Shown: positions 52,752 through 61,491 of the stretch, in pieces | Layout: each line of letters opens with the position of its first letter | Numbering within the stretch: position 1 is the first letter of the stretch | Source: an uncultured Spirochaetales bacterium | GTDB taxonomy: Bacteria > Myxococcota_A > UBA9160 > SMWR01 | DNA length: 64,000 bases | Assembly: GCA_964413375.1 (NCBI GenBank) | Contig: CAYPSI010000120.1 | Span: forward strand, 4,607-68,606 | Reading direction: 5' to 3' | Program-made: the position numbers and the translations under genes | The notes under the pieces: generated by a model | Database searches by the model: none | The model's input: only the letters and a program-made list of their open reading frames with translations | Told to the model about the DNA's origin: nothing

Positions 52752-54934
52752 GCGCGACGCTGAAGGCCCGGAGGGCGCCCCTGCGCGGCTCGCAACATCG
52801 TTTCCGGCTTGCGGCGATCGGCTTCGCTGCGGCGCTGGCCCTCGCCTGCGGCGACTACGGCGGCTCCGGTGGAGGATCTTCTGCGGGATCGAGCAGCAGC
52901 GCGGGCACGCCCCCGCCGATCTCGCTTCCGGGAACGGGCGATCCCGGCGGCGGCACCGCCAGCAACGGCATCGCCGCGTTCGAAGCGACGGTCCATCCGC
53001 TGCTCACGCTCTACTGCGCGGACTGTCACGCCGGAGCGGGGCCCGGCTCGCCCTCGATCTCGCACCCCGACAGCGCGGTCGCCTACGACGCGGTGGTGCG
53101 CAACCAGAAGGTGAATCTCGCCTCGCCGTCGAGCTCCCGGCTCGTGCGGCGCCTCGTCGCCGACTTCCACCACTGCTGGAGCGACTGCCTCGCCGATGGG
53201 ATGGCGATGCAGGCCGCGATCGAGCAGTGGGCCGCGATGCTCGCCGCGGCGCCCCCCGGCGGCGGCGGCACCACCACCACCACGGGCACGATCACGACGC
53301 CGAGCCTCGCTCTCGCCGAAGGGATCGAAGACACCGGCGCCGAGCGCTACAGCGGGAATCTGATCGCGTTCTTCGATTTCAAGGAGGGCTCGGGCGCGGT
53401 CGCACACGACACGAGCGGCGTCGCTCCCCCGATGAACCTCGCGCTCAGCAACGCCAACTGGCTCTCGAGCCACGGGCTAGAGTTCATGCCGGGCAAGGCG
53501 CAGGCGGGCGTCGCGACGAGCCGCAAGCTCTACGACCGCATCGCCGAGCCCGGAAGCGGCACGCAGCAGTACAGCATCGAGGCCTGGTCTGTCGCGGCGA
53601 ACGTCACGCAGGAGGGACCGGCTCGGATCGTGGCCTACGCGAGCGGGACCGGGAGCGCCAACTTCACGCTGGGCCAGGTGCTCTACAACTACAGCTTCCG
53701 CAACCGGAGCCTCGCCGCCGGAATCGGCGGGAACGGGACGCCAGACCTCTCGACGCGCGACGCGGACCAGGATCTCCAGGCGACGCTCCAGCACGTGGTC
53801 CTGACCTACGACCAGTACCGGGGGCGCCGCATCCACGTGAACGGCGTCTTCACCGGAGACGTCGATGCACAGGGTGCCGGCCGCCTGTGGAGCTGGAGCG
53901 AGAGCCACTCCTTCGTCCTCGGAAATGCGACCAGCAACGATCGGCCCTGGCTGGGCAAGCTCCAGCTCGTGGCGATCTACGACCACGCGCTCAGCGAGGC
54001 GCAGATCCTGCAGAACTTCGCCGCGGGGGTCGGAAAGCGCCTGATCCTGCGCTTCGACATCGGCCAGTGGGCGGGCGCCGGAAGTCTGCTCGAGTTCACG
54101 GTGAGCGAGCTCGACGAGTTCAGCTATCTCTTCTGCAAGCCCACCTTCCTGACCTCGAACCCTAGCGGCCAGCGCGTGACCGGAATCCGGATCGCGGTCA
54201 ACGGTCGGGTTCCGGTGGCCGGACAATCCTTCCTCGATCTCGACGCGGTGATCGGGGCCGCGCGCCAGGAGCTCTCGCCGCTCTGCGCCGTCGTCGCGAA
54301 GGAAGGCGGCGCCGCGCTCGACCGCTTCTCGCTCCAGTTCGACACACTCGGCAACTTCGCGAGCCCCGCGGCGCCGCTCCTGCCTCCGCCTCCGCCGCCC
54401 GTGCCGATGCCCTCGCTGAACCCGCTCGAGGGAATCCGGAGCTTCGACCGGTTGAACGAGACGCTGGCGGCGATCACCGGGATCTCGCCCGCTGCGCCGG
54501 GCGTGGCCGCGACCTTCCAGGAGATCGAGCAGCAGCTCCCGCCCGGCGTCGATCTGCGCGCCTTCTCCTCCTCGCAGCAGGTCGGCATCGCCAAGCTGGC
54601 ACTCGAGTACTGCGACGCGCTCATCGAGGCACCTGCGGCGCGCAACGCCTTCTTCGGTGCCAACCCGCCCTTCCCCTTCGATTCGCCCGCGACGACGGTC
54701 TTCGCCGACCCGACGCTGCGCGATCGGCTGGTGCGCGCACTCGTCGACCGCGCCTACGGGATCTCGCTCGCGAACCAGCCCGCGGCCGCCGACGCGGCGC
54801 CCGCGCTGAACCAGCTCTTCGACACTCTGAGCGCGGGCTGTACTCCTTCGACTTGCCCCGCGCTGCGAACCCGTACGATCGCGAAGGCGGCCTGCGCGGC
54901 AGTGCTTGCGAGCCCGGGGGTACAGGTCCATTGA
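52736..54934 (+). CDS. lipoprotein with N-terminal CxxCH (cytochrome-c-like) module and LamG/concanavalin-like domain
   Basis: In frame with track ORF 51503..54934. GTG 52736 overlaps the upstream gene by 16 nt. Lipobox LALAC. LYCADCHAG. The LamG-like core is NLIAFFDFKEGSG...YSIEAWSVAAN...GRRIHVNGVF...FVLGNATSNDRPWLGKLQLVAIYDHALSEAQI. Confidence 0.6.
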   Translation: MPRQLSATLKARRAPLRGSQHRFRLAAIGFAAALALACGDYGGSGGGSSAGSSSSAGTPPPISLPGTGDPGGGTASNGIAAFEATVHPLLTLYCADCHAGAGPGSPSISHPDSAVAYDAVVRNQKVNLASPSSSRLVRRLVADFHHCWSDCLADGMAMQAAIEQWAAMLAAAPPGGGGTTTTTGTITTPSLALAEGIEDTGAERYSGNLIAFFDFKEGSGAVAHDTSGVAPPMNLALSNANWLSSHGLEFMPGKAQAGVATSRKLYDRIAEPGSGTQQYSIEAWSVAANVTQEGPARIVAYASGTGSANFTLGQVLYNYSFRNRSLAAGIGGNGTPDLSTRDADQDLQATLQHVVLTYDQYRGRRIHVNGVFTGDVDAQGAGRLWSWSESHSFVLGNATSNDRPWLGKLQLVAIYDHALSEAQILQNFAAGVGKRLILRFDIGQWAGAGSLLEFTVSELDEFSYLFCKPTFLTSNPSGQRVTGIRIAVNGRVPVAGQSFLDLDAVIGAARQELSPLCAVVAKEGGAALDRFSLQFDTLGNFASPAAPLLPPPPPPVPMPSLNPLEGIRSFDRLNETLAAITGISPAAPGVAATFQEIEQQLPPGVDLRAFSSSQQVGIAKLALEYCDALIEAPAARNAFFGANPPFPFDSPATTVFADPTLRDRLVRALVDRAYGISLANQPAAADAAPALNQLFDTLSAGCTPSTCPALRTRTIAKAACAAVLASPGVQVH

Positions 54935-54969
54935 GCGTGCGAAGCCCTTGCCGCCGGGACGGAGGTGTC

Positions 54970-56487
54970 GTGACGCAACGAAGCGACGACGCGGACGAGG
55001 CGCTCGTGCCCTTCCGCCACGAGCAGCACCGGAAGCCCGTGACGCGCCGGGACTTCCTCGCGCAGGGTCTGATCGCCGGCCTCGGCTTCGTCGTCGGCCC
55101 GAGCCTCTTCGGGTTGCTGGCCGCGCCGCGCCGCGCGCGAGCGCAGATGCTGCAGTGCAATCTCGGCTCCGGAGCCGGGCGCATCCCCTTCCTCTGCTTC
55201 GATCTCGCGGGGGGAGCGAACGTGGCGGGCTCGAACGTGCTCGTCGGTGGGCCGGGCGGCCCGCTCGATCTCCTCGGCGCGAACGGCTACGAGCAGCTGG
55301 GGCTCCCGGCCACGATGCTGCCGCAGCTCGCGGGGCAGACGAGCCTGGAGCTCGGGCTCCCCTTCCACGCCGACAGCGCCTTCCTGCGCGGAATCCTCTC
55401 GAAGACCTCGCCGACGACGCGGGCCCACGTGAACGGCACGGTAGTCTGCGCCCGCTCGGAGAACGACACGGGCAACAACCCCCACAACCCGACCTACGGC
55501 ATCGCTCGCGCCGGCGCCGCCGGCGAGCTCGCCGTGCTGGTCGGGACGGAGAGCTCCGTATCCGGGGGCAACTCGCAGGCGCCGATGTCGATGATCGACG
55601 CCGCGCTGCGGCCGACCAAGATCGATCGCCCGAGCGACGCCACCGGGCTCGTCGACACCGGAAAGCTCGTGAATCTGCTCAACCAGGCGGATGCCGCCGC
55701 CGTCATGCGCACGGTCGAAGCGCTCGCCGAGCAGAAGCTCACGCACATGAACGAGGCCCAGGCCGTCGAGGATCTCATGCGCTGCGGCTACATCGAGACG
55801 ACCCAGCTGGTCGCCAGCTTCGGCGACCCGACGATCCTCGATCCAAGGCTCGATCCGGACATCGTCGGCGCAGCCAACAGCATCTTCACGGCTGCCGAGT
55901 TCGGGCGTTCGGCCTTCGTGAAGACCGGGTCGGTGATGAAGCTGGTGGTGAACGGCTTCGCGGGTGCCGGGACCCTGGAGCTCGGCGGCTACGACTACCA
56001 CGACAGCACCCGAGCCACCGGCGAGCGCAAGGATTTCGAGGCCGGCCAGGCGATGGGCGCCGCGCTCGAGTATGCGGCGCGGCGCAGCCGCCAGCTGATG
56101 CTCTACGTCTTCAGCGACGGTTCCGTCAACTCCACCGGCGAGCTCGACAACTCGGTGGATGGGCGCGGCAAGGGAATCTGGAAGGCCGACGACTCGCAGA
56201 CCGCGGCCGCGCTCATCCTGGTGTACGACCCGGCCGGAAGGCCCCAGCTCGCCCGGCCCGAAAGCGGGCAGATCGGGTGGTTCCGACCGAACGGCGACCT
56301 CGAGACCGGGGCGACGCGCATCAGCAACAACGTGGCGTTGCTGGCCGAGGCGATCGTGCTCAACTATCTCGCGCTGCACGACGAGGTCGGACGCTTCGCG
56401 CAAGTGCTCCCGGGCCACGGCCTGGGCTCGGCGGCGGAACAGGACCGCCTGATCGCCTTCGCACCGATCCGGGCGGCGGGCGGCTGA
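54970..56487 (+). CDS. Tat-signal protein, DUF1501-like (sulfatase/alkaline-phosphatase-fold)
   Basis: The GTG at 54970 lies 4 nt after GGAGG. Twin-arginine signal VTRRDFLAQGLIAGLG. LELGGYDYHD resembles the GGWDTH block of DUF1501. Confidence 0.5.
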   Translation: MTQRSDDADEALVPFRHEQHRKPVTRRDFLAQGLIAGLGFVVGPSLFGLLAAPRRARAQMLQCNLGSGAGRIPFLCFDLAGGANVAGSNVLVGGPGGPLDLLGANGYEQLGLPATMLPQLAGQTSLELGLPFHADSAFLRGILSKTSPTTRAHVNGTVVCARSENDTGNNPHNPTYGIARAGAAGELAVLVGTESSVSGGNSQAPMSMIDAALRPTKIDRPSDATGLVDTGKLVNLLNQADAAAVMRTVEALAEQKLTHMNEAQAVEDLMRCGYIETTQLVASFGDPTILDPRLDPDIVGAANSIFTAAEFGRSAFVKTGSVMKLVVNGFAGAGTLELGGYDYHDSTRATGERKDFEAGQAMGAALEYAARRSRQLMLYVFSDGSVNSTGELDNSVDGRGKGIWKADDSQTAAALILVYDPAGRPQLARPESGQIGWFRPNGDLETGATRISNNVALLAEAIVLNYLALHDEVGRFAQVLPGHGLGSAAEQDRLIAFAPIRAAGG

Positions 56488-56507
56488 GCGTGCAGGCGAA
56501 GCGGGAA

Positions 56508-57206
56508 TCAACCGTGGCTGCCGCGCCACTCCTCGAGGGCCGCGAGGCCGGCGACACGAGCCCAGCGCAGGTCGGTCCAGAACTTGCGCCACGGGCGCGC
56601 GATCCCTTCGCGGGCGCGCTCGCCACCCGCCAGTGCGGCGTGCGAGGCCGCCTCGCCGCAGGCGGCCGCGGCCTGGGGCGGCAGGATCGGCGCGAGAGGG
56701 CCGGTGTGACCCGGGGGTGCCGTGCCGATGCCGAGCGCCGAGATCACCCCGACCAGCGTGATCAGGAGGCGCGTCGGCAACGCCATCCGGGTGGCAAGCA
56801 GGCGGTGGAAGGGAGGTGCCACGAGCAGCCCACACAGGAGCAGCGACAGCGCCTCGAGCGGGTCGCGATCGATCAGCGCGTCGAGGCCCCCGATCGAGAA
56901 GAGCGTCCACAGGACCCAGCCCGCGTAGCGACACAGCCGCTCGAGCAGCGTGATTTCCGCCTGGGCTGGTGCTGGCGCGGCGCGCGGTCGCGCCGGAGCG
57001 GGCAGCGACGGGGGACCCGGGGGCAGCACGGCGACGGCCGCGGCGTTCTGACCGGGAGCGGGTAGCGCGCGCAGGTGCACGGTCGCGGGCCGCGGCGGCG
57101 CGCGGAGGACGGCCTCCTTCTCGCGCTGGAACTCGCGTCGCGAGATGGCACCGAGGTCGCGCAGCCGCGCCAGTCGTTCGAGCAGCTCCATCTGCTCGGC
57201 GTCCAT
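56508..57206 (-). CDS. membrane protein with N-terminal SHOCT-like domain
   Basis: ATG 57206 follows GAGGAGG. MDAEQMELLERLARLRDLGAISRREFQREKEAVL is SHOCT-like. A Pro-rich linker and 3-4 TM segments follow. Confidence 0.55.
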   Translation of the reverse strand: MDAEQMELLERLARLRDLGAISRREFQREKEAVLRAPPRPATVHLRALPAPGQNAAAVAVLPPGPPSLPAPARPRAAPAPAQAEITLLERLCRYAGWVLWTLFSIGGLDALIDRDPLEALSLLLCGLLVAPPFHRLLATRMALPTRLLITLVGVISALGIGTAPPGHTGPLAPILPPQAAAACGEAASHAALAGGERAREGIARPWRKFWTDLRWARVAGLAALEEWRGSHG

Positions 57207-57367
57207 CGTACCTCCTCGCGCAAACGCTGATATTCGAAGCTTGGAGATATGTTGCACGCCGATGGTTCTTGTGACACGAAAAGAGGTTGTTGCCTACGCG
57301 TGCGCGAGCAGGCGCGGTGCGACGGCGGTGCAGGCGGACGAGCGAAGTCCCCGCCCCCGCTGGACTC

Positions 57368-58615
57368 TCAGCGTGCTCCGCGACCGACCGGGATCTCGCG
57401 GAAGGGTCGGTCCTTGTCCACCCGGATCTCGGGCGGGAGCCCGAGTACCCGCTCGGCGATGATGTTGCGCAGGATCTCGTCGGTTCCGCCCGCGATTCGC
57501 AGGCCCGGGGCTCCGAGATAGGCCTCCTGCCACAGGGCCTGCTGCGGAGCGAGGTCCGGATCGAGGAGCGCGCCCATCGCGCCCTGCAGCTCCATCGCGA
57601 ACGAGGCCATTTCCTGGCCGAGGGGGGCACCCACCGCCTTGCCGATCGAGCCCTCGGGTCCCGGCGTGGCGCCGCGACTGACGGCTGAGAGCGTGCGGTA
57701 GCCGGTGTACTGGAGGCCCTTCGCACGGATGTAGAAGTCCGCGAGCTTCTGGCGCACGGCGTGGTTCTCGATCGCGGGGCGCCCAGCGATGCGCGCCTCG
57801 CGCGCGAGCCGGAAGAGCTCGCGCACGCGGCCGCTGCCGCCGCCGGCCCCGATCGCCACGCGCTCGTTCATCAGCGTCGTGAGCGCCACCCGCCAGCCGT
57901 CGCCCACGCCGCCGACGCGGTTCGCATCGGGTACACGCACGTCGTTCAGGAACACCTCGTTGAAGCCGGAGGCGCCGTTGATCTGACGGATCGGGCGCAC
58001 TTCGATCCCCGGCGCGTGCATGTCCACGATGAAGTAGGTGAGACCCGCGTGCTTGGCTGCATCGGGATCCGAGCGTGTCACGATCATCCCGTAGTCGCAG
58101 TAGTGCGCGCCCGTGCTCCAGATCTTCTGGCCGCGGAGCACCCAGTCATCGCCCTTCCGCACGGCGCTCATGCGCAGTCCGGCGAGATCGCTTCCGGCGT
58201 CGGGCTCGCTGAAGAGCTGGCACCAGACCACCTGGCCCCGCCCCATCTCGCGCACGTAGCGGTCCTTCTGGTCCTTCGACCCGTGGGCCAGGAGCGTCGG
58301 TGCCAGCATCCCGTGCCCGATCGCATAGAGGTTGGCCGGCGTGTCGAAGCGGGCCTCCTCCTGGTTCCAGATCACCTGCTCCATGCGGCCCAGATCCTGG
58401 CCGCCGTACTCCTTCGGCCAGGTGAGGCAGGCCCAGCCCTCGTCGAACTTCCTGGTCTGCCATGTCTTGGCTTCGCGGATCGCGTTGGGATCCTCGCGTT
58501 CGCGCAGCGGATCTGCGCTCGGCCCGTCGGGATCGCGCGGCTTCGAGTTGAGTTCGAGCCAGGCGCGCGCGCGGGCGCGGAAAGAGGCTTCCTGCAGGGT
58601 GTCGTCGAAGTCCAT
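57368..58615 (-). CDS. acyl-CoA dehydrogenase family protein
   Basis: 415 aa. WCQLFSEPDAGSDLAGL, IWSTGAHYCDYGMI and YLGAPGLRIAGGTDEILRNIIAE (C-terminal ACAD block). Confidence 0.85.
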   Translation of the reverse strand: MDFDDTLQEASFRARARAWLELNSKPRDPDGPSADPLREREDPNAIREAKTWQTRKFDEGWACLTWPKEYGGQDLGRMEQVIWNQEEARFDTPANLYAIGHGMLAPTLLAHGSKDQKDRYVREMGRGQVVWCQLFSEPDAGSDLAGLRMSAVRKGDDWVLRGQKIWSTGAHYCDYGMIVTRSDPDAAKHAGLTYFIVDMHAPGIEVRPIRQINGASGFNEVFLNDVRVPDANRVGGVGDGWRVALTTLMNERVAIGAGGGSGRVRELFRLAREARIAGRPAIENHAVRQKLADFYIRAKGLQYTGYRTLSAVSRGATPGPEGSIGKAVGAPLGQEMASFAMELQGAMGALLDPDLAPQQALWQEAYLGAPGLRIAGGTDEILRNIIAERVLGLPPEIRVDKDRPFREIPVGRGAR

Positions 58616-58652
58616 GATCGCTCCTCGGTTGCGAGGGATGGGGGGCGTGCGT

Positions 58653-59765
58653 TCAGGCGGCTTCGCGCGCCTCGAGGCGCTCGATCAGCAGCTCTCGCCA
58701 GGCACTCGGAGTCCCGAGCCATGCGGAGAGAAGCTTTGCCCGGCGGTAGAAGAGGTGGCAGTCGTACTCCCAGGTGAAGCCGACGCCGCCGTAGATCTGG
58801 ATCATCTCGCGCGTCGCGAGCTCGAAGGCGTCGCTCGCGGCGGCGCGGAAGCTGCAGGCCGCGAGCTCGAGCTCGTCGCTTCCGGAGGAGAGGGCCCATG
58901 CGGCGTAGTAGCCGTTCGAGCGCGCGAGCTCGATGGCGGCGTACAGATCGGCGAAGCGGTGCTTGATCGCCTGGAAGGAGGCGATCGGCCGGCCGAACGC
59001 GTAGCGACCGAGTGCGTAGTCGCGTGCCGCCTCGAGCGCGCGCGTGGCGCCCCCGAGCTGCTCGAAGCCGGTCATCACGGCGGCCCGGTCGAGCAGCCTG
59101 CGGATCGCGTCCGTGGCGTCCGGGGGACCGAGCAGCTCTGCGGCCGCTCCGTCGAAGACGAGCCGCGACTGCGGGCGGCTCGGGTCGAAGGACTGGAGCG
59201 GCACGCGCGTGACACCGGGCCCCGACAGGTCGACGACGGTGAGGACCGGCCCGCTCGCCGCGCGCGCGACGACGACGCCGAGGCCTGCCGATCCGCCATC
59301 GAGCACCGGAAGCTTCTCGCCCCGGAGGCGGCCCTTCTCGAAGCGCGTCTGGAGGCCGGAGCTTGCGAGGTCTCCCGTGCCCTCGGCGAGAGCGAAGGTT
59401 CCGATGAGATCCCCGCTGGCGAGCCGGGGCAGATGGCGCGTCTTCTGGGCGTCGCTCCCGAAATGCAGCAGAGCCTCGCTCGCCAGGTACACGGACGGAC
59501 CGAAGGGGATCGGCGCGAGGGCTCGGCCGATTTCCTCGGCGATCAGCACCAGCTCGAGATAGCCGAGTCCGGCGCCTCCGAGAGCTTCGGGGACGGCTGC
59601 GCCGAGCCAGCCCATCTCCGCGACGCCCTTCCAGAGCTCCGCGTCGAAGTCGATCTCGGGAGACTCGAGGACGCGCCGGCACGCGTCGAGTCCGGATCGC
59701 TTCGCGAGGTAGTCGCGGGCGGTCTTCTGCACGAACTTCTGGTCCTCGGAAAACTCGAGATTCAT
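58653..59765 (-). CDS. acyl-CoA dehydrogenase family protein
   Basis: 370 aa. The ACAD fold pattern is FGRPIASFQAIKHRFADL and IQIYGGVGFTWEYDCHLFYRRAK. Confidence 0.8.
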   Translation of the reverse strand: MNLEFSEDQKFVQKTARDYLAKRSGLDACRRVLESPEIDFDAELWKGVAEMGWLGAAVPEALGGAGLGYLELVLIAEEIGRALAPIPFGPSVYLASEALLHFGSDAQKTRHLPRLASGDLIGTFALAEGTGDLASSGLQTRFEKGRLRGEKLPVLDGGSAGLGVVVARAASGPVLTVVDLSGPGVTRVPLQSFDPSRPQSRLVFDGAAAELLGPPDATDAIRRLLDRAAVMTGFEQLGGATRALEAARDYALGRYAFGRPIASFQAIKHRFADLYAAIELARSNGYYAAWALSSGSDELELAACSFRAAASDAFELATREMIQIYGGVGFTWEYDCHLFYRRAKLLSAWLGTPSAWRELLIERLEAREAA

Positions 59766-59940
59766 CGCAGCGGCTCCTGGGTTCCCGGGCGGTCGAGATC
59801 GCGCCTACTGTACCCTCTCGGAGCCGCAGGGGGGAGCCGTCGCCGTCGAGCTGCTACGTCGCGCGCTCTGGCGGGGCCCCACACTGCTGCTGGCGCAAGC
59901 CGCGCTGCACCGACGTCCGGAAGCGCGTCTGCCCGAAAGT

Positions 59941-60141
59941 GTGGCGATCTGGCTCGTTCACGGCCTGCAGGACGAGCTCATCGATCCCGACGAGAGCCGC
60001 CGGCTCGCCGCGACGGGGAGCCCCGACTTCGTGCGGCTCATGCTGGTCGACGACGACCATCGCCTCGCGGCTTCGGTTGCCGAGGGCCGACTCGTGGAGT
60101 GGGTGCGCGACCTCGCGGCCTGGCGGCCGCAGCTCCGCTGA
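59941..60141 (+). pseudogene. C-terminal remnant of an alpha/beta-hydrolase
   Basis: Track ORF (GTG start, 66 aa). VAIWLVHGLQDELIDPDESRRL...LVDDDHRL is the Asp/His end of an alpha/beta-hydrolase. The in-frame upstream sequence (GGAVAVELLRRALWRGPTLLLAQ...) has no start. No nucleophile-elbow region is present. Confidence 0.35.
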
Positions 60142-60151
60142 TCCGGGTCGC

Positions 60152-61348
60152 TCAGGACCCCATCAGCGTGAAGAAGCCGCCTTCGCGATCGATCAGCACG
60201 CCGACGGTTTCTTGTTCCTTCACGAAGTAGAGCAGCAGCTCAGACGAGACCAGCGTCTTGTGCCAGCCGGCCTGCTCCATCTCGCGCTCGTAGAATCCCA
60301 CGATCTCCTGCGCCGGCGCCTCGATGGCGTAGGTCTCGGTCGGGTGATCGTCGACCCCGCCGGACCCGTGGGAGCGCCCGGAGAGCGATGCGCCCTTCGG
60401 GAGCGGGCAGTCGAGGATGCCCGCCGTCCCCGACGACGCGGCGAGGCTGGCGGCGATCGTCGGCCTGGCGGCATCCACGCGCCGGGGTGCCGGGGGCGCG
60501 GCCGGCGCCGGAGCGGGTGCGAGCGCCGCACTTTGCATGGCTACCGGAGGCGGAGCGGGCAGCGTGGCGACGGGCGGCGACGGAGCCGGCAGCGTCGCAA
60601 CGGGCGCCGGCGGCGCCGACTGCCGCGGCGCGCTCTTCTCGACCGGCTTCGCGGCCCGGGGCTTCGCAGCTTTGCGCGGCGGCAGCGGCGCTTCGCCCGA
60701 AACGCTGGTGTAGGAGTCCCACACCCACCCGACCCGACCATCGGCGAGGCGGATCTGCTCCCAATCACCCGAGCGATCGAGCACCTCGACCGGAGTGCCG
60801 CGATGCAGCTTCTCCATGAAGGCGCCGACCGAGCCCGGACGCGAAGCGACCACGAGCGACTCGACGTTCACCTTCTCGATCGGACCGGACTCTGCCTGCG
60901 CATGCGGCGCGGCTACCGCGGGTGTCTGCGACATCAGTCGACGCATCCGATAGGTCACGTCCTCGTAGAGCGGCCAGAGCGCCACGATCGGCAGGCGCGA
61001 GGTGGCCAGGCTCTCGCGGTAGTAGAGGATCGCGAGCTCGGGGCTCTCGGTCGCCTCGGCGACGCGGCCGAGCAGGTACCAGGAGCGCCCGGAACCGTCG
61101 CCGCTGCGAAGGATCCCGAGCACGAGCGGATCGTAGTGGCCGTCTTCGAGCAGCCACTCGGCACCGCGGAAATCGTAGCGGCAACGCGCGCAGTCGAGAC
61201 GCACCTGGCCCGAGCGGAACTGATCGAGCAGCACCTCGGGCGGCGCCGGCGCCTGGACCGGAGCACTTGCACAGGCGGCGAGCCCAGCGGCGAGCACGAG
61301 TGCCGCAGCCGCACGGGCGCAACGCTTGCCGGCCAGTCTCGCGTTCAT
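60152..61348 (-). CDS. lipoprotein with bacterial SH3 domain and Pro/Ala-rich linker
   Basis: ATG 61348 follows GGAGGAG. Lipobox LAAC (MNARLAGKRCARAAAALVLAAGLAAC). The SH3b-like segment is VNVESLVVASRPGSVGAFMEKLHRGTPVEVLDRSGDWEQIRLADGRVGWVW. The linker carries PVATLPAP twice. Confidence 0.6.
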   Translation of the reverse strand: MNARLAGKRCARAAAALVLAAGLAACASAPVQAPAPPEVLLDQFRSGQVRLDCARCRYDFRGAEWLLEDGHYDPLVLGILRSGDGSGRSWYLLGRVAEATESPELAILYYRESLATSRLPIVALWPLYEDVTYRMRRLMSQTPAVAAPHAQAESGPIEKVNVESLVVASRPGSVGAFMEKLHRGTPVEVLDRSGDWEQIRLADGRVGWVWDSYTSVSGEAPLPPRKAAKPRAAKPVEKSAPRQSAPPAPVATLPAPSPPVATLPAPPPVAMQSAALAPAPAPAAPPAPRRVDAARPTIAASLAASSGTAGILDCPLPKGASLSGRSHGSGGVDDHPTETYAIEAPAQEIVGFYEREMEQAGWHKTLVSSELLLYFVKEQETVGVLIDREGGFFTLMGS

Positions 61349-61420
61349 CGTCACTCCTCCACCACCAGGGGCGGCATGCGGAAAGCGGGACGAAGGGCTC
61401 CTCGCTCGCGGGGTCGTCGC

Positions 61421-61463
61421 GGCGCTCCTGTGTTCCAGGCGGAGCGCCAACATCTGGCGCTCC
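61421..61463 (-). terminator. GC-rich hairpin(s) downstream of flp; three-segment alternative-pairing element
   Basis: Plus strand: A GGCGCTCC (61421-28), B GGAGCGCCA (61441-49), C TGGCGCTCC (61455-63). B pairs perfectly with C (9 bp, loop ACATC). B also pairs with A (8 bp, 12-nt loop). There is no U-tract on either strand. Confidence 0.4.
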
Positions 61464-61491
61464 GCCTGGCTGGGTTGTCGACGCGCCGGAG

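Noticed and set aside
57207-57367. AT-richer 160-bp gap as a possible small RNA
   Set aside because: It contains the RBS and a likely promoter of the SHOCT-domain gene. I found no convincing stable structure or terminator, so the evidence is insufficient.
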